A stretch of 48,647 nucleotides of DNA from Bdellovibrionales bacterium (GTDB lineage: Bacteria; Bdellovibrionota; Bdellovibrionia; Bdellovibrionales; DASUEL01). Below, in pieces: positions 18,845 through 28,715 of the stretch; within the stretch, counting starts at the first letter, position 1, and each line of letters begins with the position of its first letter. The stretch lies in the NCBI GenBank assembly GCA_050250255.1, contig JBFWOZ010000023.1, forward strand, positions 1 to 48,647, written 5' to 3'. The position numbers and the translations under genes were made by a program. The notes below the pieces were generated by a model, which searched no databases, had not been told where the DNA came from, and saw nothing but the letters and a program-made list of their open reading frames with translations.

Positions 18845-19551
18845 ACACGCCTTCAAAAACCTCTGACGACAGCATTGAGAGAATTAAACTTGATCCTAGT
18901 TGGAAGATTCCGCTTCTTAAAGAATTTCAATCTCTCTATATGGCAGATCTTAGAACCTTCTTGAAGAAAGAGCTCAAAGCAAAAAAAACGATTTATCCCA
19001 AAGGGCCTAACATTTTTAATGCCCTTAATCTTTGTCCGCTCGATCAGGTAAGAGTGGTGATTCTTGGGCAAGATCCCTATCACGGGCCAGGGCAAGCCCA
19101 CGGACTTTGTTTCTCCGTGAAGAAAGGTGTGGCGCCACCGCCTTCTCTCATAAATGTCTTTAAAGAATTGAAAGCGGATTTAGGAATGCCGATGCCAGAT
19201 CATGGCTGCTTAGAGAAATGGGCGAAGCAAGGAGTTCTTCTTCTCAACACGGCTTTAACTGTCGAGCATGGCAAAGCGGCTTCTCATCAAGGGCGCGGTT
19301 GGGAGAGATTCACTGATGAAATCATTCGTCTCGTGGATCAGCTTCCGCATTCGGTGGTGTTTTTGCTTTGGGGGTCGCCAGCTCAAAAAAAGGCGGAGCT
19401 CATTAAATCCAAACAACATCTCATTTTAAAATCGCCGCATCCATCGCCGCTCTCAGCTCATCGAGGTTTTTTAGGGAATAAACATTTTTCGAAAACAAAC
19501 GCGCATTTGAAAGCGCAAGGCCTGAGAGAGGTCGACTGGTCTCTGGATTAA
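18817..19551 (+). CDS. ung: Uracil-DNA glycosylase family 1
   Basis: [44 protein letters not shown]. Confidence 0.96.
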   Translation: MENSTSVSVNTPSKTSDDSIERIKLDPSWKIPLLKEFQSLYMADLRTFLKKELKAKKTIYPKGPNIFNALNLCPLDQVRVVILGQDPYHGPGQAHGLCFSVKKGVAPPPSLINVFKELKADLGMPMPDHGCLEKWAKQGVLLLNTALTVEHGKAASHQGRGWERFTDEIIRLVDQLPHSVVFLLWGSPAQKKAELIKSKQHLILKSPHPSPLSAHRGFLGNKHFSKTNAHLKAQGLREVDWSLD

Positions 19552-19561
19552 AGGAGTGTCT

Positions 19562-19906
19562 ATGAAAATTTTAATCACTTTATTATTTGGTTTTTTATTA
19601 AGTTTTGCGGTGCAAGCGGATGAAAAGTCTAAGTTTCAAGAGCGCATGAACAAAGATTTAGCTCGTTTAGATGTGGAGCTCGACAAGTTGAAGCTAAAAA
19701 GTCGCGAAGCTGTGGGCACCGCTCGTACGGAGCTCGATGAGCAAATTAAAAATGCCGAAGCACAAAGGAAAGAAGTCACCGTTAAGATGAAGCAGATGGC
19801 AGAAGCGACGGGCGATGCTTGGAAAGATATCAAAAATGGTGCGGAGTCCGCCTATTCAGAAATGAAAAAGGCTCTTACTAGAGCCTCATCTCATTTCAAA
19901 AAATAA
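19562..19906 (+). CDS. Secreted helical stress-type protein (Sll1863-like coiled coil)
   Basis: AAGGAG RBS, signal peptide AVQA, C-terminal A.GDAWKDIK.G.E.A pattern. Confidence 0.6.
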   Translation: MKILITLLFGFLLSFAVQADEKSKFQERMNKDLARLDVELDKLKLKSREAVGTARTELDEQIKNAEAQRKEVTVKMKQMAEATGDAWKDIKNGAESAYSEMKKALTRASSHFKK

Positions 19907-19909
19907 TTA

Positions 19910-20074
19910 TTAGTTATATTTGTCGCACATTTGTTTGCAGTTTGCGATCTGTGCAGAACTATGTCGCCCCCTGCTTTCACAAGCGGATTTGCAGCCCCCG
20001 TTTTTCTCAGGTTCAGACGCACAAGAAATAAATAAAACAGGTGCGATAACAAAAAGTATAACTAGCGATTTCAT
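19910..20074 (-). CDS. Small Cys-rich lipoprotein (54 aa)
   Basis: AAAGGGG RBS, hydrophobic signal with lipobox-like FISC, Cx3C-x13-Cx3C. Confidence 0.65.
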   Translation of the reverse strand: MKSLVILFVIAPVLFISCASEPEKNGGCKSACESRGRHSSAQIANCKQMCDKYN

Positions 20075-20190
20075 GATGTTCCCCTTTTTCAACATTCTGA
20101 CAGTCTCACGAGGGGATCATCAAGAAATCTCGCCCTATGAAGCCTCGGGTTTAGACCAGAATCTTGTCTAGTCCTGACGTCTTATGGAAT

Positions 20191-22068
20191 TTAAAACTTG
20201 GCCGTTTCCTTAATAATCATTTGTGAAACCACCTGTTGAAGTCCAGCAGCAGTGACTCGCTCGGGAGGAATAGGTGCGGAGATATCGAGTTGCACGCGAG
20301 CCCAGAAGCGATGAGTGTTTTTGCTAAAGAGCCCATCTTTAAAACTAAAAAAGCTTCCCCAGAGTCCAATGAGAGCCATAGGTATAACGGGCACTGACGT
20401 TTCTTTTACAATGCGTTCTATGCCAGGTCTGAACGGGTTGAGATTTCCATCACGCGTGATTTTTCCTTCAGGAAAAATGCAAACGAGTTCGCCCTCACGA
20501 AGTTCTTTGGACACAAGTTCAAAAGCCTTTTCCATAGCATTGGCATCTTCTTTTCTAGAGGCAATCGGAATCACTTTTGCGTGGCGAAAAAGATATTTGA
20601 TAAAAGGAGCTTTCGCGTAACTATGATCCATGACAAACCTTACGGGGCGCTGAATGCCACCGGCAATCACGAGCCAATCCACAAAACTCACGTGATTGCA
20701 GACAAGCACGGCTGCGGTGTCGCGAGGAATGTTGTGAAGCCCATTCACCTTCAGGCGATAGAGAAGGTTCGCGAAAATCCAAACAAAAAAGCGAATGAAA
20801 AATTCAGGAATGATCGAATAGATATAGAGTGAAACCACGGCGTTGAGCGCGGCCAAAATGAGAAACATCTGTGGGATCGAAACATCCATATAAAGGAAAA
20901 ATGAAATCATCATTGCGGAAACCACCATGAACATCGCGTTCATAAAGTTGTTACCAGCAACGATTCTGGATCGGTACTGAGGTTTACTACGCTCCTGAAT
21001 TAACGTGTAGAGCGGAACGGTGAGAAAGCCGCTAGAAATCGCCAGCATGAAAAGATCAAAACTGATTCGTAGGCCCGTCGTCGTTTGCAGTAGCCCTGCA
21101 ATGTTATAAGCTTCGTGGGTTGATGGAATGTCGAGAAAAAACAAGTCTGCCGTAAAAAGGGTGATGCCGATAGAACCGAGTGGCACGAGACCTAACTCTA
21201 ATCTTTCAAAGGAGAGCTTCTCGCAGAGCATAGAGCCCACGCCTATACCAATGGTAAAAAGCGCGAGGAACCAAGTTACAACTTGAGCGTTCGATCCTAA
21301 AACATCTTTGGTGTATGTAGGGAGGATCGATAGGATGGCGCCGCCGAAAAGCCAAAACCAAGAAATCCCCATGATTGACAAGAAGACAGAGCGAACTTCG
21401 CGCATCACACGGAAAGTTTCACGCACCGGTTGTGCGGGAGAGTAAGAGATCTTGAGATTTTTATCATAAGATTCTGCGGCCGGAATAAAGTAGCTCGCGA
21501 TAAGCCCAATCAGAGAGGCGGCGACAAGGCCAATGCCGGTCAGCAGGGCGCCTTCTGGTTGAATGCTAATGAGAACGCCGCCCGCAATGGTTCCGATAAG
21601 AATGGCAACAAAAGTTCCCATTTCGACAAGCGCGTTTCCAAGAACAAGCTCTTCTCTTGCGAGATGTTGAGGTAAGATGGAGTATTTCAAAGGCCCGAAA
21701 AATGTGGAGTGAAGCCCCATCATTAAAAGAACAAAAACTAAAAGGCCATAATTCTCGTAATAAAAACCCCAAGCCGCTATAAGCATCAATAAAACTTCAA
21801 ACCATTTTGTTAATCGAATCATGTTGGATTTTTCAAACTTGTCGGCCATTTGACCTGCCAAAAATGAAAATAAAAAGAAAGGTAAAATAAAAATCCCACC
21901 ACTGAGAGCGACCATCTGTGAAGGGGGGAGTCCCCATACGGTGAGAGCTTTGTAAGTGATTAAAATAATGAGAGCGTTTTTTAAGAAGTTATCGTTAAAA
22001 GCACCAAAAAAAAGTGTCCAGAAGAGAGGGCCAAATCTTTTTTTGCTGAGAAGCTGGGTGGATTTCAT
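20191..22068 (-). CDS. MFS lysophospholipid transporter (LplT-like) fused to a PlsC-type acyltransferase
   Basis: GAFNDN..KNA, GQ.AD, FGP.KY.ILPQ, many TM helices, then NHVSFVD, IFPEG. Confidence 0.9.
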   Translation of the reverse strand: MKSTQLLSKKRFGPLFWTLFFGAFNDNFLKNALIILITYKALTVWGLPPSQMVALSGGIFILPFFLFSFLAGQMADKFEKSNMIRLTKWFEVLLMLIAAWGFYYENYGLLVFVLLMMGLHSTFFGPLKYSILPQHLAREELVLGNALVEMGTFVAILIGTIAGGVLISIQPEGALLTGIGLVAASLIGLIASYFIPAAESYDKNLKISYSPAQPVRETFRVMREVRSVFLSIMGISWFWLFGGAILSILPTYTKDVLGSNAQVVTWFLALFTIGIGVGSMLCEKLSFERLELGLVPLGSIGITLFTADLFFLDIPSTHEAYNIAGLLQTTTGLRISFDLFMLAISSGFLTVPLYTLIQERSKPQYRSRIVAGNNFMNAMFMVVSAMMISFFLYMDVSIPQMFLILAALNAVVSLYIYSIIPEFFIRFFVWIFANLLYRLKVNGLHNIPRDTAAVLVCNHVSFVDWLVIAGGIQRPVRFVMDHSYAKAPFIKYLFRHAKVIPIASRKEDANAMEKAFELVSKELREGELVCIFPEGKITRDGNLNPFRPGIERIVKETSVPVIPMALIGLWGSFFSFKDGLFSKNTHRFWARVQLDISAPIPPERVTAAGLQQVVSQMIIKETAKF

Positions 22069-23345
22069 CTCGTTATATACTTCCTGATATCGCCCACTAA
22101 GTAAAGCGAACCTGTTACAAGAAGCATGTCGTTAGGCTGACATTGTTTGATGGCGTACTCAAAAACTTCTTCAAAATTTGCGTTACAATAATCCGCTTGT
22201 TGGAGGTAAGGGCCGTAGCTCTCGAGTTTGCGGCCCTTAAATGGTGTCTCGGTGAGGTAGATTCTGGCATTTTTTAATTTTTTCAGTTGGCTTAAGATAA
22301 ATTCATAATCCTTATCGACACCGATACCCACAACAATATGGAGATGCTCGTAATTGTAAGAGGGCAAAAGGGCCAGAAGGCTTTCAAGGCCTTGAGCATT
22401 GTGATCTCCTGAGAGATAAATCCGATGAAAATTTTTATAAGATATTTTTTCCATGCGGCCGGGCCAAGACACTTTGTTGAGAGCGGAAAGATGTTTTTTT
22501 ACGTCGTAACCAAGGCCTTGAAAAACAGTGAGTGCAAGGATGGTGTTCTCAACACCTCGTGGGCCGGGAAGCTGAAGGGCTTGTTCTTGATCTTCGTATT
22601 GTATGATCCACTCAGGACCGCTTGCTGTTTGCGAAATTTTTGAAGAGAGGGTGAGAGCTTGCGTCCATCTACTTTGAGTTTTTTGCTGCACTTCTTTGGC
22701 AACGGGTTTTACCACTTCTGGAAGAACTTGGTGAAACACGCGCATTTTAGGACCAATAATGCCAAATTTGTTTCGTGCAATTTGTGACAGTTCGCTGCCG
22801 AGAAAACGTTCGTGATCGATCGCGAGCGAAGTGATGATCGCAATCCCATGAGGAACAGCGTTGGTGGCATCCCAAGTCCCGCCCATGCCTACTTCTAGAA
22901 GAATGCGATCTACAACGGGAAGCACTTGTCCAGACGCAAAACACCATAGAGACATCAGCGTGAGCATTTCAAAGTGAGAGAGTTTTAAATGTTGAGTGTG
23001 TTGCGCGACGTACTCATAAGCTTGGACAAAAATATCTTCGGTGATATTTGTTCCAGAGATGCGAATGCGTTCAGTAATTTCCATCAAATGAGGGGAGGTG
23101 TAAAGCCCAACGCGTTCACCGGCATCGATCAGAAGAGCTTCGAGCGTCGCACAAGTGCTCCCTTTACCGTTGGTTCCGGCTACGACAATCACAGTCTCAG
23201 GATTTTTTTGGATCTTCTGCCAAAGTGGCCAGGTGAAAAAACCAATAGCCTCTAGTCCAGCTTGAGTGGGCTCAAGACTAGGAATTCGATCCGGCATGAT
23301 CCCCCGTTGGTCGAGATCAGCGATGGCTGAGTGGTATTTCTTCAT
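22065..23345 (-). CDS. folC: Folylpolyglutamate/dihydrofolate synthase
   Basis: VAGTNGKGST, YTSPHL...ERI, FE.LT, LEVGMGG.WDATN, DH...LG, WPGRME, VTGSLYLVG. Confidence 0.93.
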   Translation of the reverse strand: MKKYHSAIADLDQRGIMPDRIPSLEPTQAGLEAIGFFTWPLWQKIQKNPETVIVVAGTNGKGSTCATLEALLIDAGERVGLYTSPHLMEITERIRISGTNITEDIFVQAYEYVAQHTQHLKLSHFEMLTLMSLWCFASGQVLPVVDRILLEVGMGGTWDATNAVPHGIAIITSLAIDHERFLGSELSQIARNKFGIIGPKMRVFHQVLPEVVKPVAKEVQQKTQSRWTQALTLSSKISQTASGPEWIIQYEDQEQALQLPGPRGVENTILALTVFQGLGYDVKKHLSALNKVSWPGRMEKISYKNFHRIYLSGDHNAQGLESLLALLPSYNYEHLHIVVGIGVDKDYEFILSQLKKLKNARIYLTETPFKGRKLESYGPYLQQADYCNANFEEVFEYAIKQCQPNDMLLVTGSLYLVGDIRKYITR

Positions 23346-23400
23346 GATGGGGGATCCTAGATTTAAAATAATCAGATAGCAACTCCAAGGAAGGATTTTT

Positions 23401-24096
23401 ATGAATTCAGGAAGATATGTACTGGTGACCTTTATGATGTTGAGCCTTTCTTTAGGGGTGCAAGCAAAAGAACAACAAAAGGCTCCTGCGGCGGGCAGCT
23501 CGGCGACGCAACCCCCTCCTAAAACAGCTGAGGAAAATAAAGCTCAGAGAAATAAAAATCGCGGTTACGTACAGCCGCCAACAGTACAAACTCAAAGCGA
23601 AAAGAAGGTGGCTCTTCAAGAGTTGTATACCTGCGCATGGAAAAAGGAGCCTCGTGTTGAGCGCGCCGAGATGTTTCCTACTCAGGAAGTTTGTGCGGGT
23701 GTTGTGACATGTGATTTAAAAGCGGAAAAAGAAGTAGAAAGTGCCTTAAGCGATACGCGAAAGAGTCGATTGTTCGCACGCGTGGTTAAGGAAAATCTTG
23801 AGAAACTCACTGATGCCGAAAAAATGAAAGCTTTACGAACCTTTTTAACTCTGCCAGAAAAAGGGATTCGCGTGGGATGTCGTAAATCCAACGCAAAAGA
23901 TGTATGCTCTACAGAAGAGATTAAGCCCGAACTCTGTTTGGAAGAAGAAGTGAAGCACAAGTATTTTGCATCTTCCGCTGAATGGCCGCAGTCTTATTTG
24001 AATAGCCCAGGTGACACTTGTTTAGTGTTGGGAGACTCCTGTCCTGCGACAACAGCGCCTACGCGCACCACTCCAGGTAAAAGAACAGGGCGTTAA
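23401..24096 (+). CDS. Secreted Cys-rich hypothetical protein
   Basis: AAGGA RBS, signal peptide (VQA), 8 Cys, low-complexity termini. Confidence 0.65.
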   Translation: MNSGRYVLVTFMMLSLSLGVQAKEQQKAPAAGSSATQPPPKTAEENKAQRNKNRGYVQPPTVQTQSEKKVALQELYTCAWKKEPRVERAEMFPTQEVCAGVVTCDLKAEKEVESALSDTRKSRLFARVVKENLEKLTDAEKMKALRTFLTLPEKGIRVGCRKSNAKDVCSTEEIKPELCLEEEVKHKYFASSAEWPQSYLNSPGDTCLVLGDSCPATTAPTRTTPGKRTGR

Positions 24097-24132
24097 TAGC
24101 TTTTTCATTTCGGTTCCTATATAACCTTTTTC

Positions 24133-26442
24133 ATGAACGGGGAACAACTTTTGGAATACTCTAATTCCAATGGACATAATGGTAATGGGCAAGGCGATGG
24201 ATCAGACAATGGTTCGTCCACGAGTCTTGTCAAAAAACTAAAACCCATTGAGGTTACTGAACCTAAAGCCACCGAAACAAAAGCGCCGGAATTTATTAAT
24301 CGTGATTTAAGTTGGTTAGAGTTTAACCGTCGTGTTCTTCATGAAGCTCTGGATGTACGCACCCCTCTCTTAGAGCGTCTCAAGTTTTTAGGGATTTTTA
24401 ATTCGAACCTTGATGAATTTTATATGAAACGCGTGGGAGGATTGAAGCTACAAGTCGCCGCAGGCCTCATTGCTAAAACTCACGAGGGTTTTAGTGCTTC
24501 TGCGCTTCTTCAGGAAATCCGACAAAAAGTCATGCCGATGCTTAAGCTTCAAGCAGACGGTCTTTCGAAGGAGCTTTTGCCAGCCCTCAAACAGAGAAAT
24601 ATTCATGTATTGAATTGGAGTGAGCTGACAGAATCCGAAGTGCAGCTTGCGAACAAATATTTTCAAGAGAATGTATTTCCTATTTTGACTCCTTTAGCGG
24701 TGGATCCCGGTCACCCGTTTCCTTTTCTCTCGAACCTTTCTATTTCTTTAGGAATTGTTTTAAGACACCCAGAACATCAAGAAAACTTATTCGCACGTAT
24801 TAAGATTCCTCAGGCGTTCCCACAGCTCTTTCGTTTGAATCCTGAAAGCGCCGACTCTTATCGATTTATTAAACTCCAGGACATTATCATTCAAAATTTA
24901 TCCCGGCTCTTTCCGAACATGCAGATCACTTCCGTCATGCCTTTTCGAATCACGAGAAATATTGAAATTGCCCGCGACGAAGAAGATGCGGTGGATTTAC
25001 TCGAAATGATCGAAGAGGAATTGAGGCAAAGAAAGTTCGCACGCATTGTGCGTCTTGAACACGGTCCACAGCCGGATCCGTGGATCTTAAGCTTTTTAAT
25101 GTCAGAACTTGAAATTAGCGAAGATGAAATTTACGAATTACCAGGGGAGCTCGACTACAACATTTTCCGTCAGATTTGCGATATTCGAATTGCAGAACTC
25201 AAGTATGAGCCTTGGATTCCGGTGATACCACTTACTTTGATTGATCAGGAAGTTTCGATTTTCCAGACGATCAAGAAGGCCGATGTTCTTTTACATCATC
25301 CTTACGATAGCTTTTCCGCGAGCGTCGAGCGTTTTATCCAAACCGCTTCGGAAGACTCACGTGTACTGGCTATCAAGATGACTCTTTACCGCACAGATGA
25401 AAATAGTGCGTTCGTACGCTCCTTGGTGCGTGCAGCAGAAAGCGGAAAACAAGTTGTCTGCATCATCGAAGTGAAAGCGCGTTTTGATGAAGCCCGAAAC
25501 ATCAATTGGGCGCAAACTTTAGAAGACGCAGGCGTTCACGTTGTTTACGGGATCGTAGGACTCAAGACTCATATTAAAACGGCACTTGTTGTGCGCCAAG
25601 AACCAGAGGGATTGAGATCTTACGTGCATTTGGGTACAGGAAATTATCACTCTGGAACCGCAAGACTTTATTCGGATTTTAGCCTTCTCACAAGTCAGCC
25701 AGAATACACTCAAGATGTGATTGAACTCTTTCATTATTTAACGGGCCGTTCGTTAAAAAATTCCTATAAAAAATTACTCGTAGCGCCGGTCAACATGAAA
25801 GATCGTTTCCTCCAAATGATTGATCGTGAAATCACTAACAAAAAAGAAGGAAAACCCGCTCATATTATTGCGAAGATGAATAATTTGGAAGACCAAGCAA
25901 TTTGTCGCGCTCTCTATAAGGCTTCGCAAGCAGGTGTGGATGTGGATTTGATCGTTCGCGGGTTTTGTAGTTTACGGCCGGGAGTGCCAGGTTTAAGCGA
26001 AAACATTCGTGTGCTTTCGGTCATCGGTCGCTTTTTAGAGCATGCCCGCGTATATTACTTCCGCAACGGTGCTAGGGATGGAGTGGGTGGAGAATTTTAC
26101 ATTGGCTCTGCAGATTGGATGTATCGTAATCTTCATGCCCGTGTAGAAGCAGTTTTTGCGGTTGACGATCGTTTATTAAAAGAAAAATGCTGGGAAGTTT
26201 TTCAGCTGACATTTTTAGATCAACGCCAGGTGTGGGAAATGAAGTCGGATGGAAGCTACGTACAGCGACAACCGCAAAACGAAGCCCAGCAACTAGGATT
26301 ACACCAACTTTTGATGAAATCGACAAAACAGCGCTCGCCTCCCTCCATGATGAGTTTAGAAGAAGAAGTTGTGCCTGCAGAAAAAGGAGGGCGTAGTGAA
26401 ACTCGTCGTCGTACGTCACGCAAAAGCCGAAGAAAGAAGTGA
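24133..26442 (+). CDS. ppk1: Polyphosphate kinase 1
   Basis: NRDLSWLEFN.RVL, NLDEFYMKRV, HPFPF.SN, HHPYDSF, KARFDE, GLKTHIK phospho-His, GTGNY, GRFLEH, GSADWM.RNL. Confidence 0.97.
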   Translation: MNGEQLLEYSNSNGHNGNGQGDGSDNGSSTSLVKKLKPIEVTEPKATETKAPEFINRDLSWLEFNRRVLHEALDVRTPLLERLKFLGIFNSNLDEFYMKRVGGLKLQVAAGLIAKTHEGFSASALLQEIRQKVMPMLKLQADGLSKELLPALKQRNIHVLNWSELTESEVQLANKYFQENVFPILTPLAVDPGHPFPFLSNLSISLGIVLRHPEHQENLFARIKIPQAFPQLFRLNPESADSYRFIKLQDIIIQNLSRLFPNMQITSVMPFRITRNIEIARDEEDAVDLLEMIEEELRQRKFARIVRLEHGPQPDPWILSFLMSELEISEDEIYELPGELDYNIFRQICDIRIAELKYEPWIPVIPLTLIDQEVSIFQTIKKADVLLHHPYDSFSASVERFIQTASEDSRVLAIKMTLYRTDENSAFVRSLVRAAESGKQVVCIIEVKARFDEARNINWAQTLEDAGVHVVYGIVGLKTHIKTALVVRQEPEGLRSYVHLGTGNYHSGTARLYSDFSLLTSQPEYTQDVIELFHYLTGRSLKNSYKKLLVAPVNMKDRFLQMIDREITNKKEGKPAHIIAKMNNLEDQAICRALYKASQAGVDVDLIVRGFCSLRPGVPGLSENIRVLSVIGRFLEHARVYYFRNGARDGVGGEFYIGSADWMYRNLHARVEAVFAVDDRLLKEKCWEVFQLTFLDQRQVWEMKSDGSYVQRQPQNEAQQLGLHQLLMKSTKQRSPPSMMSLEEEVVPAEKGGRSETRRRTSRKSRRKK

Positions 26443-26899
26443 TTTTAGTCGCATCTCTGATGACGACAATCTTCGTCCTCTCACGAAAGAGGGGCGAGAC
26501 AAGATGGTCAAAATCTCCCGAGGTTTACGGCATCTTGTTTCACAAGTGGATCATCTTTATTCCAGCACCTTAGTCCGAGCGGTTCAAACGGCCGAAATTA
26601 TTTCCGCAGAGTACGGCGGAATGCAATTTGGGCAAGTGGAACATCTTGTTCCTGGATTTTCGCGAGATGAAACAATGAAATGGTTGAAGAATTTTGAAGG
26701 AAATCAGACCGTCATGGTTGTAGGTCATGAGCCTGACTTAAGTGAATTTATTTCATGGATGTTGAGTGGAAATTCAAGCCCCTTCGTTGCGATGAAAAAA
26801 GGCGGAGCCTGTTGTGTGGAGTTTATGTCGTTTATTCGCGCTCGCCAAGCTCAGCTTCTCTGGTATATGGAGCCTAGCGCTTTACGACGACTCGGTTAA
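26396..26899 (+). CDS. sixA: SixA-type histidine phosphatase
   Basis: RHAKA, D..RPLT..G, SS.L.RA.QTA, VGHEP; GTG 26396 after an AAGGAGG RBS inside the ppk1 3' end. Confidence 0.88.
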   Translation: MKLVVVRHAKAEERSDFSRISDDDNLRPLTKEGRDKMVKISRGLRHLVSQVDHLYSSTLVRAVQTAEIISAEYGGMQFGQVEHLVPGFSRDETMKWLKNFEGNQTVMVVGHEPDLSEFISWMLSGNSSPFVAMKKGGACCVEFMSFIRARQAQLLWYMEPSALRRLG

Positions 26900-26912
26900 A
26901 GTAAAGCCTCTA

Positions 26913-26928
26913 TGGCATTCTTCATGCA
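26913..26928 (+). promoter_or_regulatory. Putative sigma54 -24/-12 promoter
   Basis: TGGCAT-TCTTC-ATGCA, GG-N10-GC spacing, 15 nt before ATG 26944. Confidence 0.5.
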
Positions 26929-26943
26929 AGTTTAGTTCAGCAT

Positions 26944-27723
26944 ATGAAGTTGTTATTTGTTTTTGTGTTGTTTTTTTCCTCCTCACTTTTCGCTCATGAT
27001 TCCGATGCGTTCAAATTTCAGCCAGCGTTTAAATGTAAAATCATAGATTTAAGCAGTTACTGTTCTATGTCGGAACCGCTTGAGTGGCGAGACGAAGAAG
27101 TTGAACTACTTCAGAAACATCTTGCTAAATTTCAAAGTGGAAACTTAAAAAACTTTTTTGCTCGCCTCCGAGCGAACGGCTATCAAAGCCTTTATCGTTT
27201 TCGCAATGGAGTCTCTTGGAATAAGGAAGAGCGACGGTTTTTCATGAACCTCACATCGGCAGCTTGGGTGTCATTACCAACTATGATTGGAGAAGGAGGT
27301 ATCAATATTACGGACCAACTCTTTCAGCAAAAAGCGGTGGATCCAGTAGGCTTCAGCCAAATTGAAGCGATCCTGTTTCATGAGTTGGTCCATGCCTTTG
27401 TCAAAAACGACTCAAAGTTGATAGAAGAGTTTTATCATGTGATCGAATTTGATAAGGTTTGGAAACAAGCGGATGGTATGGCGGCTGATATCCAAATGTC
27501 ACGTCAGCTAATAGCAGCTTACAGCCATATGGGTGATTGGAATCGGGCGTACATAGAGCAAAAAGAAGCTGGGCGACGCCTTGGTCTCCCATCTCTCTAT
27601 GCATTGGAGAATATTTCGGAGGCTTTAGCCGATGTAGCAACTTATGTTTACTTAGATCCCACTTCGGCAGAGTATATCGCTACACCCGTTCGCGAATGGG
27701 TCTTAAAGAATATTCTTAACTAA
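26944..27723 (+). CDS. Secreted HExxH zinc metalloprotease-like protein
   Basis: Signal peptide (LFA), FHELVH, distal YALENISEALAD. Confidence 0.65.
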   Translation: MKLLFVFVLFFSSSLFAHDSDAFKFQPAFKCKIIDLSSYCSMSEPLEWRDEEVELLQKHLAKFQSGNLKNFFARLRANGYQSLYRFRNGVSWNKEERRFFMNLTSAAWVSLPTMIGEGGINITDQLFQQKAVDPVGFSQIEAILFHELVHAFVKNDSKLIEEFYHVIEFDKVWKQADGMAADIQMSRQLIAAYSHMGDWNRAYIEQKEAGRRLGLPSLYALENISEALADVATYVYLDPTSAEYIATPVREWVLKNILN

Positions 27724-28715
27724 GCACGACGAGCGATTTCAATCAGTACCCCATCTTTCAATCCTACTCGCGGAATAGTTACCGACTTAGCTTTACAGGA
27801 AGTCATGACCATCTTGAGGGCGAGACAGGCCGGTAAAATAACATCTGAGCGATCCGCTCGCAACTTCAGTTTTTTAATTCGTTCATCGTAAGACATTTTA
27901 TCGAGACGTTTTGTCATGATTGCGAGTTCAGAAAGCGAAAGCTTCATGATGTTTTCTTTTCTCAACATGAGAGGTTTGAGTTCTCCCAAACATTCGATGT
28001 TTCCACCGGTGCCGATAAAAGTAAAATGGGAAGCTCCACCAATATGGCGTTTTAGGAAACTTGCGATTTCCTTTTGCGATTTTTTTAGAATTTTTTCGAT
28101 GCGTAAACCTTTTTTGCCAAAGAAGTGCATATCCGTTTGGTTGACCATGCGAACGGTGCCAAGTCGAAAGGTTTCTACGGCGGTGATTTTTCCATATTTA
28201 GAGATTGAAAGTTCAACGCTGCCTCCGCCAATATCAATCATCACGGCGATTTGGTTGACGAGATTCATGCGACTGGAAATAGCCGTATGAATGAGTTTTC
28301 CTTCACGAAATCCATCAATAACATCTAAGTGAAGACCTGATTTTAGCTTTAAATACTTAATGAATTCACGAGAGTTTCTGGCATCTCGTACGGCGCTCGT
28401 GGCAACCGCCATGTAGTTCTTTACGCGAGCCTTTTTCATGATCTTATGGAACTTGATAAAAGCTTTGGCCGCTTTGCGGGCTGTGGGTTCACGTATGTAG
28501 CCATCGCGAAACACATCTTGTCCTAAACGTACGGCCTCACGAAAGGTAACAAGCGGGGTGAGTCCCGTGCGTTGTGAGAGCTCTCCAATCACCATGCGAA
28601 TTCCGTTGGAGCCCACATCTATGGAAGCAAAACGTTTTGCATGTTGACGTCGTGGCGGAATGGCAATTTTTGCGGAAACTTTTTTGGACTTCTTTTTTTT
28701 CGTGGATTTTTTCAT
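27720..28715 (-). CDS. ppx: Ppx/GppA exopolyphosphatase, short form (no HD domain)
   Basis: ASIDVGSN.IR, VRLG, ATSAVRDA.N, IDG..E, DIGGGSVE, GTGG, R.DVI, GLKDG. Confidence 0.9.
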   Translation of the reverse strand: MKKSTKKKKSKKVSAKIAIPPRRQHAKRFASIDVGSNGIRMVIGELSQRTGLTPLVTFREAVRLGQDVFRDGYIREPTARKAAKAFIKFHKIMKKARVKNYMAVATSAVRDARNSREFIKYLKLKSGLHLDVIDGFREGKLIHTAISSRMNLVNQIAVMIDIGGGSVELSISKYGKITAVETFRLGTVRMVNQTDMHFFGKKGLRIEKILKKSQKEIASFLKRHIGGASHFTFIGTGGNIECLGELKPLMLRKENIMKLSLSELAIMTKRLDKMSYDERIKKLKLRADRSDVILPACLALKMVMTSCKAKSVTIPRVGLKDGVLIEIARRA

